DNA of 64,000 nt, from contig JANXGQ010000036.1 of NCBI GenBank assembly GCA_024959305.1, positions 8,624 to 72,623 on the forward strand. The letters run 5' to 3'. The notes under the pieces were generated by a model. That model saw nothing but the letters and a program-made list of their open reading frames with translations. It was not told where the DNA came from and did not search any database. Numbering within the stretch: the first letter of the stretch is position 1; every line of letters begins with the position of its first letter. Positions 41,848 through 52,071 of the stretch are shown one piece after another. This DNA is from Porticoccaceae bacterium (GTDB lineage: Bacteria > Pseudomonadota > Gammaproteobacteria > Pseudomonadales > Porticoccaceae). Both the position numbers and the translations under genes were made by a program.

Positions 41848-42690
41848 ATGGCCACAAAACCGCATATTAGCTTTGAATTTTTTGCCGCCAAAACACCAGA
41901 GGGCCGGCAAAAACTGAAAACCACCTGCCAAGAACTCAGCAAATTCAGCCCTGAGTTCTTCTCGGTGACCTATGGTGCCGGTGGATCTACCAGAGGCACC
42001 ACTAAACAGCTGGTTCTGGATATACAACAGAAAGGCTATCAGGCCGCACCCCATCTGTCCTTCGGGGGAGATGGCAGTGCCGAGGTGTTGGCTCTAGTCG
42101 ATGCCTATAAAGAGGCTGGCATCTCCAATTTAGTCGCTCTGCGAGGCGATCTTCCCTCTGGTGTAGGTGGCACCAAGCTGGTTCATGCCAACGAATTAGT
42201 CGCACTTATTCGTGAACACAGCGGCGATTACTTTGATATCAATGTGGCTGCCTACCCGGAAATTCACCCCGAGGCAGAGAGCTATAACCAAGATATTTAC
42301 TGGCTTGGAGAGAAGCTTAAAGCCGGTGCCAATCGCGCCATAACCCAGTATTTCTACAACCCGGACGCCTACTTTCAATTTATAGACAGCTGCCAAAAAG
42401 CCGGTATCGATAAACCTATAGTGCCGGGCATTATGCCGCTTACCAACTACCATAATCTGCTGCGATTTTCCGACAGTTGCGGTGCGGAAATTCCGCGCTG
42501 GTTGCGCTGGAAACTTAAAGAACTCAGCGCTAATCCCGAGGATCTGATCAACTACGGGATAGAGGTGGTAACCAAGCTCTGCGAAACGCTGATTGCCGGC
42601 GGCGCGCCGGGGCTGCATTTTTATACCATGAATCAATGGCAGGTTTCTGACCGCCTGTGCCGCAATCTGGGCCTACCTAAAAAACAATAA
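41848..42690 (+). CDS. metF: 5,10-methylenetetrahydrofolate reductase
   Basis: ISFEFF, SVTYGAGGS, VALRGD, AAYPEIHP, ITQYFYN, LHFYTMN. Confidence 0.96.
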   Translation: MATKPHISFEFFAAKTPEGRQKLKTTCQELSKFSPEFFSVTYGAGGSTRGTTKQLVLDIQQKGYQAAPHLSFGGDGSAEVLALVDAYKEAGISNLVALRGDLPSGVGGTKLVHANELVALIREHSGDYFDINVAAYPEIHPEAESYNQDIYWLGEKLKAGANRAITQYFYNPDAYFQFIDSCQKAGIDKPIVPGIMPLTNYHNLLRFSDSCGAEIPRWLRWKLKELSANPEDLINYGIEVVTKLCETLIAGGAPGLHFYTMNQWQVSDRLCRNLGLPKKQ

Positions 42691-42693
42691 CCA

Positions 42694-43425
42694 ATGCGTA
42701 TCCCCAGAGTATACTCGCCACAGTCAATTTCCGTTGGTGACTGCATCCAGCTTGAGCAGGGCCCTGCGCGCCATCTAACCTCAGCACTGCGAATGACCAG
42801 CGGACAACAGCTGGTGGTTTTTAATGGTCTGGGCGGTGAATATAGCGGCGAATTGGTAGAAGCCAGAAAGGGCGCGGCATCTGTGCGTATCACCGCCTTT
42901 AAAGACGTAGATCGAGAATCCCCCCTGCCTATCCATCTGGCCATTGGCATCTCGCGGGGCGAACGTATGGATTGGATCGTACAGAAGGCCACTGAACTGG
43001 GCGTTGCCGAAATCACTCCACTGTTTAGTCAACGCTGTGAAGTAAAATTAACTGGCGATAGATTGCACAAAAAAAATCGCCACTGGCAACAGGTAGCCAT
43101 TAGCGCCTGTGAACAGAGCCAACGCAATTCCGTGCCCCCTGTAAATACTCCCATCGACTTAGATCAATGGCTGTCCTGTTGTGATCAAAGCTTAAAGTTA
43201 GTGCTGCATCACCGCGCTGAAAAAAAGCTTGGCGATATGCCCCAACCAACGGACAGTATTGCCCTGTTAATTGGCCCCGAGGGCGGGCTTAGTGAGCGTG
43301 AAATTAGCTGCGCCACAGACTCTGGCTTTCTACCTTTGGCACTGGGCCCCAGAGTGCTGCGCACAGAAACTGCTCCCCTTGCCGCGATTAGCATACTGCA
43401 GGCACAATGGGGAGATATGCACTAG
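42694..43425 (+). CDS. rsmE: 16S rRNA m3U1498 methyltransferase
   Basis: MRIPRVY, QKATELGV, ACEQSQR, LIGPEGGLS, LGPRVLRTETA. Confidence 0.97.
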   Translation: MRIPRVYSPQSISVGDCIQLEQGPARHLTSALRMTSGQQLVVFNGLGGEYSGELVEARKGAASVRITAFKDVDRESPLPIHLAIGISRGERMDWIVQKATELGVAEITPLFSQRCEVKLTGDRLHKKNRHWQQVAISACEQSQRNSVPPVNTPIDLDQWLSCCDQSLKLVLHHRAEKKLGDMPQPTDSIALLIGPEGGLSEREISCATDSGFLPLALGPRVLRTETAPLAAISILQAQWGDMH

Positions 43426-43429
43426 TGCT

Positions 43430-44188
43430 ATGCTTGTAAAGGGCAAAATAACCATAACAAAAATCCATTATCTGCAAGCAGTTTTATTGCTCTGCCTATT
43501 GCCAATCTCCAGCGTCGATTTCGCAGACTCTGAGGATCCTGTAAAAGCCGTGGGCACCGTCTACTGTGATGGTGGTATTCGCGGCACCGCAAGCCATATT
43601 GCACTGCCGGAAAAATTTCAAAATAAACAGTCGATTATTCTGACCGCCGCCCATGTGCTCTACAATAAACAGACCGCAAACCCCTTTAAAGACTGTTATT
43701 ACCAACCGCAAAACAAACGCCTAAGCAATATCGCCTTTGAAAAAATATCGGCGCACAGCTACTCGACAACCTCTAAAAATAAAATTGCTCAGGCTGAAAA
43801 TGATCTTGTTTTTATTCAACTAAAACACCCGGCCTATCAACCCGCATTAAAATTATCAGAAGCAATAACGAGTAAATCGGATAATTTGTTACTCATTGGT
43901 TTTAATGCGGATCAGGAAAAAATTCTTTTATCCAACCGCTGCCAACGGCGTTATTCCGATGCATTGCATAATGAAAAACTTCTACTGCATAACTGTCCAT
44001 CGCAAGGGGGCGACTCTGGCGCCCCTATTATCGATAGGGACAGCGGAGAGATTATTGCTGTGCACGGCGGAAAATTAAATTTTCAACCCAGCGGGAAAAC
44101 AACTGACTTGGGGAAATGGCTTAATCAGGGAAGGCGTATTGATTCTCAGACTATCCAATATTTAAACGATTTTATTCCGCAAATCTAA
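43430..44188 (+). CDS. Trypsin-like (S1) serine protease, probably exported
   Basis: Catalytic triad motifs ILTAAHV, ENDLVFIQL and GGDSGAPI; hydrophobic N-terminal segment. Start taken at ATG 43430. Confidence 0.8.
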   Translation: MLVKGKITITKIHYLQAVLLLCLLPISSVDFADSEDPVKAVGTVYCDGGIRGTASHIALPEKFQNKQSIILTAAHVLYNKQTANPFKDCYYQPQNKRLSNIAFEKISAHSYSTTSKNKIAQAENDLVFIQLKHPAYQPALKLSEAITSKSDNLLLIGFNADQEKILLSNRCQRRYSDALHNEKLLLHNCPSQGGDSGAPIIDRDSGEIIAVHGGKLNFQPSGKTTDLGKWLNQGRRIDSQTIQYLNDFIPQI

Positions 44189-44245
44189 GATCTGAAACCC
44201 ACCAAGCTTTAACGCTTGAATATCCATATATGATGAACCGACCAC

Positions 44246-44782
44246 CTACGCGACTTTTTCAATCCCGCTGCTCTCAATCTTGTTAATGGGCTGCTTCTGC
44301 GCCGACTTTTTAATAACAACAGATCCCGCCAACTTATCGTGCCAGCCCTGCTTGCGCCGATCGAAAGCAATCCAAAAAAAGCCCATAAAAATTATTATTG
44401 TGGAGAGGATATAGCCGAGGTACCTACCAATAGCCTGCCAAACGGTTAAGGCAGACATAGTTTTAGCGTTGACAACTTGTAGCCCCAACAGCATTTTTCC
44501 GGGGGTTCCCAAAAAACGCATCCAAAACCAGACAGTTAATATTACAGGCGCTATATAACCGAGAAACAGATCCCAGAAACCGAGAAAAACGGCCCCACCG
44601 GTCCAATAGCCCCGAACCCCGTATATCAGCGTTAGGGGCACAGAAATAAATATTGTAAGCAGAATGGTATCGATTGAAGCGGCCAATAAACGAATCCAAA
44701 AGCCCGCGTACTGGGTCTGTCCCTCTATCTGCTCCTCTATCTGCTCCTCTATCTGCTCCATCACTGCGCCCTCGGCCATCAT
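44246..44782 (-). CDS. RDD family membrane protein
   Basis: YAGFWIRLLAASID, GTPGKMLLGLQVV, RRKQGWHDKLAGSVV. Start uncertain (44782 or 44761). Confidence 0.9.
   Translation of the reverse strand: MMAEGAVMEQIEEQIEEQIEGQTQYAGFWIRLLAASIDTILLTIFISVPLTLIYGVRGYWTGGAVFLGFWDLFLGYIAPVILTVWFWMRFLGTPGKMLLGLQVVNAKTMSALTVWQAIGRYLGYILSTIIIFMGFFWIAFDRRKQGWHDKLAGSVVIKKSAQKQPINKIESSGIEKVA
44723..44758. repeat. 3 x 12-bp tandem repeat in the RDD N-terminus (EQIE repeats)
   Basis: CTCTATCTGCTC at 44723, 44735 and 44747. Confidence 0.9.
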
Positions 44783-44932
44783 AAATCGATCGGAATCTAC
44801 AACGCTAAGAATAAACCACAAAGCGCCGTTCAGCAAAGAGGCATTTATACCGAGTTATTTCTGTGCAACTGCGGATTTTGGTCTATTTTAAAGTAGGGCA
44901 ATCAGTCGATCTGGCTTAATTCAGGCAAGGCG

Positions 44933-44995
44933 CTGGACTACCACAGGTTTGAAGCAAAATTGGATCAGCTGTTCACAACTGGTGAAGATCTGTAG
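44933..44995 (+). pseudogene. prpB: Relic of the last about 20 codons of 2-methylisocitrate lyase
   Basis: LDYHRFEAKLDQLFTTGEDL* matches the PrpB C-terminal YH.FE.KLD.LF pattern and directly precedes the prpC relic. Confidence 0.72.
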
Positions 44996-45014
44996 CAACC
45001 ACAGGGAGACAATT

Positions 45015-45131
45015 ATGGCTAAGAGGCAACCCTCTGGCGCTGGACTGCGTGGCCAGTCCGCCGGTACAACCACCCTCTGTACCGTTGGCAAAAGATCATT
45101 CGTGCTGGGTACTTATTTCATATCTGAATAG
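45015..45131 (+). pseudogene. prpC: Relic of the first about 26 codons of 2-methylcitrate synthase
   Basis: RBS GGGAG, then MAKRQPSGAGLRGQSAGTTTLCTVGK (cf. PrpC SGAGLRGQVAGQTAL.TVG). Similarity stops at about 45092 and the frame closes at 45131. Confidence 0.8.
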
Positions 45132-47014
45132 GGGTTTTGTAAATCAAACTCAATATCCCGAGCAAAACTGGGAACGCTGATACCCTGCTCGGTAATAACC
45201 ACTTTATCCTCATCCACCAACTCTTCGCCAAATCGATAAATAACATCTAGCTCAGCCCTATCGGCACGATCGGCGTAGCGCTCCGCTTCAGCTCTAGTTA
45301 CCGCGCGTTTAGCTCGATAGGCATCTAGCTGTTGTTCTGCATAGCGGGCAGTCAGCATGATTTCAACCTGTTGCGGCGCTAGCAGTACAGCGGTGGCATT
45401 GTTGCCGCCAAAGCCCTTTGAATTAATAAAGGCAACCTGCATTTTATTGTCGCTGACATCCATATCTTGAAGCGGGAACAATGTGCGCTGCTGATTTACA
45501 TCCTCGGCAATTTCGGTAATCGTTTTAATACCGGGAATAATTTGGTATTTAAAGGTTCCCATGGCTGACATCAGCTGATCGCCACTGGCCGCAGAAATAG
45601 TATGCCCAACGTAAGACTTTACCGCTGTAACTGGCCAGTCCCGTATATCGAAGGCATCGGCAACTCGGTTGATCAACTCCGATTCCGTAGTGCGATTGGC
45701 CGGCGTACTGGAACCGTGGGCATGCACAAAGCTGTGTTTCTGCACAGTCTGTTTGCCCACTATGTTAATGGCTGCGGCCACCGCCTTGGAAAAGGATATG
45801 GTATTGCCAATCCCCGGCGCAGAAATAGATTTCTTAACGCCATCAGCATTGATAAATACCTCCGGTACCGCAGCCTGAATATCTGCTCCCAGCTCAACCG
45901 CAAGTGCATCATCCATTAACACCAGATACTGCGTTGCCTCAGCTAGCGTAAACCCACAGTTATGGCCAAAGGGGCGACTGGCCCGACGCCAGTCCGGGGT
46001 ATCCGTAGCATCTAGCTTACAGAGATTTGCATCGCTTCCCAGTGCGCTCATATTTGAGAACCCTTCAGAAACCTCCGGCATTACAACCGCTTCGGCATTG
46101 CCGACAATCGCCACCCGGCGCGCACCACTGCGAATATCGCGCACCGCCGCCTGTAGGCAATACAGGAAGGTGGCGCAGGCACCGGTGATGGCTTCGGTAT
46201 GGCCGACACTGCCCAACACATAGGCATTAATAAAGTCCGCGGGCATTGAATTTAAGCCCATGGGAACCTGTTTTGCCGTGGTGCGCCCACCTTTCAATCG
46301 CGCTTGCAATAGGCCACCAAAACCTTCGTCACTCATCTGACTAAAACCGCTGGAGGAGTAAACGCCGATTTGATCCGGGTTAACCGCATCGGCAATCTTT
46401 TGCCAGGGAATACCCACCGAATGCAATGCGTCGCTGGCACCGATCAGTGCCATTTGCAAAGTGCGCGGGTGAAACCTTGCATTGTAATGATCGGCGGGAT
46501 TGAAACCATCTGGCAGCTCCCCTGCCGCTTTGGCCGCCAATTCATAATCGGAGTTGACCAAAAAATCACTGTCTGCTGTTAACCTAACCTCAACTGTTCC
46601 ATTATCTAAGTCCGTCATCTGCCAGTGCTCGGGGAGGTGACTTGGCAAATCGCGTTTGGCAATGGTAAATACCGGCTGAGAACCCTGCTCAGCATTTAAG
46701 TTAATCTTTTTATTGCCCGACACCGCGCTGGGATCAAAGGAGGTTATTTTTCTGACCAGTGTTCCGCTTAAAACTGTTGCGCGAAATTGTTCGTCGACCT
46801 GAGCTGCACTGAGAATCTGTGCATCGGCAGTCATAAAGTCTTGATCATGTTTTTTAACCAGTGCCATCAGGCAGGCCAAACTCACTATGGTCGCCTGCTG
46901 TTGCGATGGCGAGAGGGACTCTAGAATCATGCGCCGAAAGGCCTGATGCGATGAACTGCGTCCAGCCGCATTGTATCCGCCGAAGCCAACGATGAGTGGC
47001 AGTGAAACAGCCAT
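45113..47014 (-). CDS. fabY: FabY-like beta-ketoacyl synthase
   Basis: LPLIVGFGGYNAAGRSSSH, GACATFL catalytic Cys, HAHGSSTPANR, INSKGFGGNNA. Confidence 0.85.
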   Translation of the reverse strand: MAVSLPLIVGFGGYNAAGRSSSHQAFRRMILESLSPSQQQATIVSLACLMALVKKHDQDFMTADAQILSAAQVDEQFRATVLSGTLVRKITSFDPSAVSGNKKINLNAEQGSQPVFTIAKRDLPSHLPEHWQMTDLDNGTVEVRLTADSDFLVNSDYELAAKAAGELPDGFNPADHYNARFHPRTLQMALIGASDALHSVGIPWQKIADAVNPDQIGVYSSSGFSQMSDEGFGGLLQARLKGGRTTAKQVPMGLNSMPADFINAYVLGSVGHTEAITGACATFLYCLQAAVRDIRSGARRVAIVGNAEAVVMPEVSEGFSNMSALGSDANLCKLDATDTPDWRRASRPFGHNCGFTLAEATQYLVLMDDALAVELGADIQAAVPEVFINADGVKKSISAPGIGNTISFSKAVAAAINIVGKQTVQKHSFVHAHGSSTPANRTTESELINRVADAFDIRDWPVTAVKSYVGHTISAASGDQLMSAMGTFKYQIIPGIKTITEIAEDVNQQRTLFPLQDMDVSDNKMQVAFINSKGFGGNNATAVLLAPQQVEIMLTARYAEQQLDAYRAKRAVTRAEAERYADRADRAELDVIYRFGEELVDEDKVVITEQGISVPSFARDIEFDLQNPYSDMK

Positions 47015-47182
47015 GTGCATTCCTCTCCAAAAGCATTTAATTTAAGGAAAGTGTAGAAGTATTGTGGCGACTTTTATTTAGTTTTTTAGCCATATTAATT
47101 AATAATTAAGACTTTTATGCTATATTTGCTAGTGGAGTGTGTATTTATGGGATATCTGAGCTAACTATGGTTGTTAATCTAG

Positions 47183-48166
47183 ATGGTTTTTAATCTAACA
47201 CTGTTGCTCTGTGACAATATGCTGGTCTCCAGCAGCACCTTGGCTGCAGAGATTTTCAATTTTGCTCAGGCCGCCGCCCGCGCAACCCGCGAAAGGTCAA
47301 AAGGGGTCAAAATCCGCTGGGTCACCCCCGACGGTTTAGCGGTGAAAACCTCAGCTGGATTCGAATTACAACCCACCCATTCTCTGGATGACCTATTTGT
47401 TAGCGATCTAGTGCATATTCCCGCACTGTGGCGCAACCCACAGCCAGCTGTGGAAAAATATCAGGCATATATCCCCTGGCTTCAGGAACAGCATCGACAA
47501 AACTGTAACTTCACTGCGGTGGGTACTGGGGTCTGTTTTCTTGCCGAGGCAGGCCTGCTCGACGATAAACCAGCAACCACCCACTGGCATTATTTTGATC
47601 AACTGCAACGCCGTTATCCCAGAGTCCAACTGGAGCGGCAACAGTTCACCACAACCGCGGGAAATATCTATTGTGCCGCCAGTGTAAACGCCATGGCGGA
47701 GTTGATTGTGTATCAGGTAGAGCGAATCTTTGGGCGCATTATAGCGCGTCAGGCGCAACGCAATTTCTTTCACGAAATTCGCAATATTTCAGAATCGGTG
47801 AGTATTGACGAGGATAGGGACAAAAAGCATGCTGACGAAGCAATCGTTCAGGCTCAGATTTGGATGCAGGACAATCTCGGGAAAGCCCTTAACATTGCCA
47901 ATTTAGCAATCCAGTTCGGAATGACAACAAGAACCTTTAACCGGCGCTTTAAAGCTGCGGTGGGACAGACCCCTGTAGACTATTTGACCCACATTCGCAT
48001 GACCTTTGCCTGCGATCTACTTAAGAATACAGATTTATCTATATTAGAGGTGGGCAGCTATAGCGGATTTAAGGAAGCAACCTGGTTTTCATCAAGGTTT
48101 AAACAGTGGTCCGGCAATACACCCAAGGCGTATCGCCAGACCGTCAGAGCTAAGCTTTTCGGTTAG
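47183..48166 (+). CDS. GlxA/FtrA-type AraC family regulator (DJ-1 plus HTH)
   Basis: AVGTGVCFLAEAGLLDDKPATTHW; RTFNRRFKAAVGQTP...YRQ AraC HTH. Confidence 0.9.
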   Translation: MVFNLTLLLCDNMLVSSSTLAAEIFNFAQAAARATRERSKGVKIRWVTPDGLAVKTSAGFELQPTHSLDDLFVSDLVHIPALWRNPQPAVEKYQAYIPWLQEQHRQNCNFTAVGTGVCFLAEAGLLDDKPATTHWHYFDQLQRRYPRVQLERQQFTTTAGNIYCAASVNAMAELIVYQVERIFGRIIARQAQRNFFHEIRNISESVSIDEDRDKKHADEAIVQAQIWMQDNLGKALNIANLAIQFGMTTRTFNRRFKAAVGQTPVDYLTHIRMTFACDLLKNTDLSILEVGSYSGFKEATWFSSRFKQWSGNTPKAYRQTVRAKLFG

Positions 48167-49338
48167 GCTGAAATAACCCTAACTCGCATAACTCCATCAA
48201 CCCGCTGTATTTTTTGAATAATTTGATCCGTTAAATCGCCCTCAACATCAATGATATTGTAAGCCACTTCATTGCGGCTCTTGTTCACCATATCTACAAC
48301 ATTGAGCTCAAAATCTGCAAGGATCGACAATACGCTACCCAGTACTTTGGGTACATTGCTATTGGCAAAGGTTAGCCTAGTGCCACCATTTCGGGACATT
48401 TTAGTGGGAGGAAAATTAACCGAGTTATGGATATTGCCATTCTCAATAAAATCCATCAGTTGGTTGGCCGCCATTACTGCGCAGTTCTCTTCGGCTTCAG
48501 CGGTACTGGCACCAATATGCGGCATTAACAACACATCTTTGCGCCCCAACAGCTCGGGAGCGGGGAAATCGCTGATATACCCAGCGATAGTGCCATTATC
48601 CAAGGCTGTCACCATATCCTCTGAACTGACTATTTCTTCTCGGGCAAAGTTAAGAATTTTTGCGGTACTTTTCATCACACCCAGAGTCTTGCTGTTGATC
48701 AGATGCTTGGTTGCGTGAATTGCTGGGACATGCAATGTGACAAAGTCAGCTTTGGCCAACAGAGCCTCTAAACTATCCATACGCCCAACACGACTGGAGA
48801 GTTGCCACGCCGCCTCGACAGAAATAGCCGGATCGTAGCCTATCACGTCCATCCCCAAATCCAAGGCCAGATTAGCGATAATAGATCCAATGGCTCCCAG
48901 ACCAATAACGCCCAAGGTTTTACCCGTAATCTCTGCGCCGGCAAAGCGTTTCTTTTCTTTTTCCAGCAACTTGCCCATCTCAGCTGAATCATCCATATGA
49001 TCCAGTTGCTGAACATAATTCATACCGCCATAGATATCCCGAGATCCCAACAGCAGGCCCGCGACTATTAACTCCTTGACCGCATTGGCGTTGGCACCGG
49101 GGGTGTTAAATACCACAACACCTCGGTCGGTATAGTCAGCAACGGGAATATTATTCACCCCCGCCCCTGCTCTGGCCACAGCTACAAGGCTCTCCGGCAC
49201 CTGCTCCTCATGCAATTTCTGACTGCGCAAAATAAAACCCTGAGGATCAGTTATATCGCCGCCAACCTGATATTTATCCGCGGGAAAGCGATTTAGGCCC
49301 TTTGCGGAAATGGCGTTATAGGTACGAATCTTATGCAT
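48163..49338 (-). CDS. serA: D-3-phosphoglycerate dehydrogenase with C-terminal ACT domain
   Basis: ARAGAGVNNIP, NTPGANANAVKE, GVIGLGAIG, PHIGASTAEAEENCA. Start at ATG 49338; follows serC. Confidence 0.92.
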   Translation of the reverse strand: MHKIRTYNAISAKGLNRFPADKYQVGGDITDPQGFILRSQKLHEEQVPESLVAVARAGAGVNNIPVADYTDRGVVVFNTPGANANAVKELIVAGLLLGSRDIYGGMNYVQQLDHMDDSAEMGKLLEKEKKRFAGAEITGKTLGVIGLGAIGSIIANLALDLGMDVIGYDPAISVEAAWQLSSRVGRMDSLEALLAKADFVTLHVPAIHATKHLINSKTLGVMKSTAKILNFAREEIVSSEDMVTALDNGTIAGYISDFPAPELLGRKDVLLMPHIGASTAEAEENCAVMAANQLMDFIENGNIHNSVNFPPTKMSRNGGTRLTFANSNVPKVLGSVLSILADFELNVVDMVNKSRNEVAYNIIDVEGDLTDQIIQKIQRVDGVMRVRVISA

Positions 49339-49366
49339 ATTTAATATCTCTATTAGTGCTTGTATT

Positions 49367-50482
49367 TTATTGAACAACTTGCCCGTAGGCCCAATCCAGC
49401 CAGGGCAACAGTGCTTCCAGATCGGTCTGCTCCACGGTGGCGCCACACCAAATACGCAACCCCGCAGGCGCATCTCTGTAAGCGCCTATATCATAGGCAA
49501 CGGCTTCTCCATCTAACAGTGCAACCATTTGCTTAACCTGATCGGCATCTAAGCTGAGACTTAGGCAAACGCTGGTATTAGAAATTTGATCTGGCTGTTG
49601 AGCTAGGAAATCGATCCAAGGCCGCGACTCAACAAAACCTTTAAGTACCGTCAAATTGGCTTCGGACCTTGCGATGGCAGCGGGCAGGCCGCCAATGGAG
49701 CGCACCCAATCCAGTGCATCCAGATAATCTGCGACACAGAGCATTGAGGGCGTATTGATGGTTGCGCCGCGGAATATACCTTCGATCAGCTTTCCGCCTT
49801 TGGTAAGACGGAAGATTTTCGGCAATGGCCAAGGCGGGGTATAGCTCTCAAGCCGCTCCACCGCACGCGGGCTTAAAATCAACATACCGTGAGCCCCTTC
49901 ACCACCGAGCACTTTCTGCCAACTGTAGGTGACAACATCCAGTTTTTCCCAAGGCATCTGCATGGCAAAAACTGCCGATGTGGCATCACAGATTGTCAGG
50001 CCGCTTCTGCGCTCGTTAATCCAATCTGCATTGGCTACTCTTACCCCTGAGGTTGTACCGTTCCAAGTGAAAACGCAGTCGTGTTCAGGATTGGCCTGAC
50101 TCATATCCGGCAGGGCGCCATAGTCTGCGGTGTAGCTGTGCAAATCTTGCAGTTTTAATTGCTTGAGGGCATCTGTAAGCCAGCCTTTACCAAAGGATTC
50201 CCAAGCAAAGATATCCACGGGACGCGCACCCAGTAGCGACCACATAATCATTTCCATAGCGCCTGTATCAGATGCTGGTACCACGCCGACGCGATAACCC
50301 TCGGGCAGCCCCAGAATCTCCGCGGTCTCTTGACAGACACGACCCAGCGCCTGTTTTCCCAACGCAGAGCGGTGAGAGCGCCCCAATGTGTCGATTTGCA
50401 AGGCGTCCAGACTATAACCCGGCCTTTTAGAACAGGGTCCGGAGGAAAAATTGGGGTTATTTGGTTTAATCGCTGGTTTCAT
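49367..50482 (-). CDS. serC: Phosphoserine aminotransferase, Methanosarcina/alphaproteobacterial type
   Basis: [65 protein letters not shown]. Confidence 0.92.
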   Translation of the reverse strand: MKPAIKPNNPNFSSGPCSKRPGYSLDALQIDTLGRSHRSALGKQALGRVCQETAEILGLPEGYRVGVVPASDTGAMEMIMWSLLGARPVDIFAWESFGKGWLTDALKQLKLQDLHSYTADYGALPDMSQANPEHDCVFTWNGTTSGVRVANADWINERRSGLTICDATSAVFAMQMPWEKLDVVTYSWQKVLGGEGAHGMLILSPRAVERLESYTPPWPLPKIFRLTKGGKLIEGIFRGATINTPSMLCVADYLDALDWVRSIGGLPAAIARSEANLTVLKGFVESRPWIDFLAQQPDQISNTSVCLSLSLDADQVKQMVALLDGEAVAYDIGAYRDAPAGLRIWCGATVEQTDLEALLPWLDWAYGQVVQ

Positions 50483-50637
50483 AAAATATGCTAGTACCTT
50501 TCGAGTGGCAAATTAAAAAGGGCGCAAATAGTACCCATAGGTTGTTTAGATATAAAGATATTTCAGCACGAAAGCCTTTTTACTCGCACAGTGCCTACAG
50601 TGTTGCCATTTGGACGCGGCTAATTTCAATCCCCTGA

Positions 50638-51276
50638 TCACTCGGTGACCTGCGCGCGCTCTTTCTGTATCAGAAAGTCCACTACGCTCAGCACCCCAGA
50701 AAAACCGCCTGCTTTACGGGTACTGACACGGTATTTGCCGTTGACTATTATTTCCGGGGTTCCCTGAACACGGTAACTGCGGATTCTTGCCTTGGCCTGA
50801 TTGACCATACTGGTCATGCCAAAGGAATTGTAGGTCTGCGAGAATTTTTCCCTATCAATGCCCTCAGCCACAAAGATGCCCGCAAAATCCTGTTCATCTT
50901 TAAGCGACTTTTTCTCTAAGTGGATAGCCTCAAATAGCGGCGTATGTACCTGATCCAGAACCTTTAACAGCGCCGCCGTATAGTAGGCTCGAGCGGAGGG
51001 CTCTAGTGCTGGCGCCCAAACTGCAGGTGTGCGCTGAAAATCCACGTCCTCAGGCAGCTTCTCTACCCAGGAATGCAACACAGATTCAAAGCTGTAGCAA
51101 TGACTACAGGTATAGGAGAACACTTCATTGACTTCAATTTTTTTCGGGTCGGCAGTTCTTACCGGTTGCGGAAGAATTTCATAATGTACGCCCGCTTTAT
51201 ACTTTTCGTCCTCGGCCTGACACATTGCTATCGGCAACAGTGCAACCAGAAAAATAACTCGTTTAATCCATAACAT
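50638..51276 (-). CDS. dsbA: Thiol:disulfide interchange protein DsbA
   Basis: Signal peptide, EVFSYTCSHCY (CxxC), VQGTPEIIVNGKY cis-Pro loop. Confidence 0.92.
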   Translation of the reverse strand: MLWIKRVIFLVALLPIAMCQAEDEKYKAGVHYEILPQPVRTADPKKIEVNEVFSYTCSHCYSFESVLHSWVEKLPEDVDFQRTPAVWAPALEPSARAYYTAALLKVLDQVHTPLFEAIHLEKKSLKDEQDFAGIFVAEGIDREKFSQTYNSFGMTSMVNQAKARIRSYRVQGTPEIIVNGKYRVSTRKAGGFSGVLSVVDFLIQKERAQVTE

Positions 51277-51317
51277 TATCAGTCCTCCTAGTAGACTAAG
51301 CCAACGGTTAAGCCGGC

Positions 51318-51926
51318 TCAATTCAGCCCCGAAATATAGTTGGCCAGTGCTTTAATTTCTTTGTCGCTCAATGCCTCTGCAACGCCCTGCATAATTGTTG
51401 CGTTGGTGCCAGAATCGCGCTCACCTCTGCGATAGGCCAGCAATTGCTTTTCTGTGTATTCGGCGTGCTGGCCTCCCAAGGCGGGATATCCAGCGGGGTT
51501 GTTGCCAGCTCCAGAAGGCGAGTGGCACGCGATACAGGCGGCAACACCGGTTTTTAGGTTGCCGGCACGGTACAGGTTCTCACCCTGCTTTGAGTCAGTC
51601 TTTTTGGCACCGGATAGCTGTCGTTTTTGGCTATCATAGTAAGCGGCTATATCTTGTAGATCCTGATCTGACAAAGAGTCCAATAAACCGGTCATTTCCA
51701 CAATCGCGCGCTCGCCAGCCTTGATATGGCGCAACTGGGCGATCAAATACTTTTCACCAAGACCCGCCAGTCTCGGAAATAAAGCAATCGCACTGTTACC
51801 ATCACTGCCATGACAACCAACACAACTTGCTGTCTTGACCTTACCTGCCGCGGCATCGCCGTCAGCCCAAGCTGGCGGCGCCAAAAACGCTACTGCTAGA
51901 CCGTAAATAAAAAATATTTTTTTCAT
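51318..51926 (-). CDS. Diheme cytochrome c4
   Basis: Signal peptide, CVGCH and CIACH heme motifs, PRLAG and YPALGGQHAEY. Conserved engB/c4/dsbA arrangement. Confidence 0.93.
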   Translation of the reverse strand: MKKIFFIYGLAVAFLAPPAWADGDAAAGKVKTASCVGCHGSDGNSAIALFPRLAGLGEKYLIAQLRHIKAGERAIVEMTGLLDSLSDQDLQDIAAYYDSQKRQLSGAKKTDSKQGENLYRAGNLKTGVAACIACHSPSGAGNNPAGYPALGGQHAEYTEKQLLAYRRGERDSGTNATIMQGVAEALSDKEIKALANYISGLN

Positions 51927-52071
51927 GGTTAATCCAACTCTCACAATCCGTTAGAATAGCCGAACGTAGAGTTATACGCGCGAACTATAAGAGCTTTAGT
52001 CTATTAAGCTAAAGCGCGCGCATTATATACCAATAAGCTCTGTTTCTTAAGCCAAATTATGATGTCTTTTT

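Noticed and set aside
44723-44758. CRISPR array
   Set aside because: It is a 12-bp tandem repeat without spacers inside a coding region, and there are no cas genes in the window.
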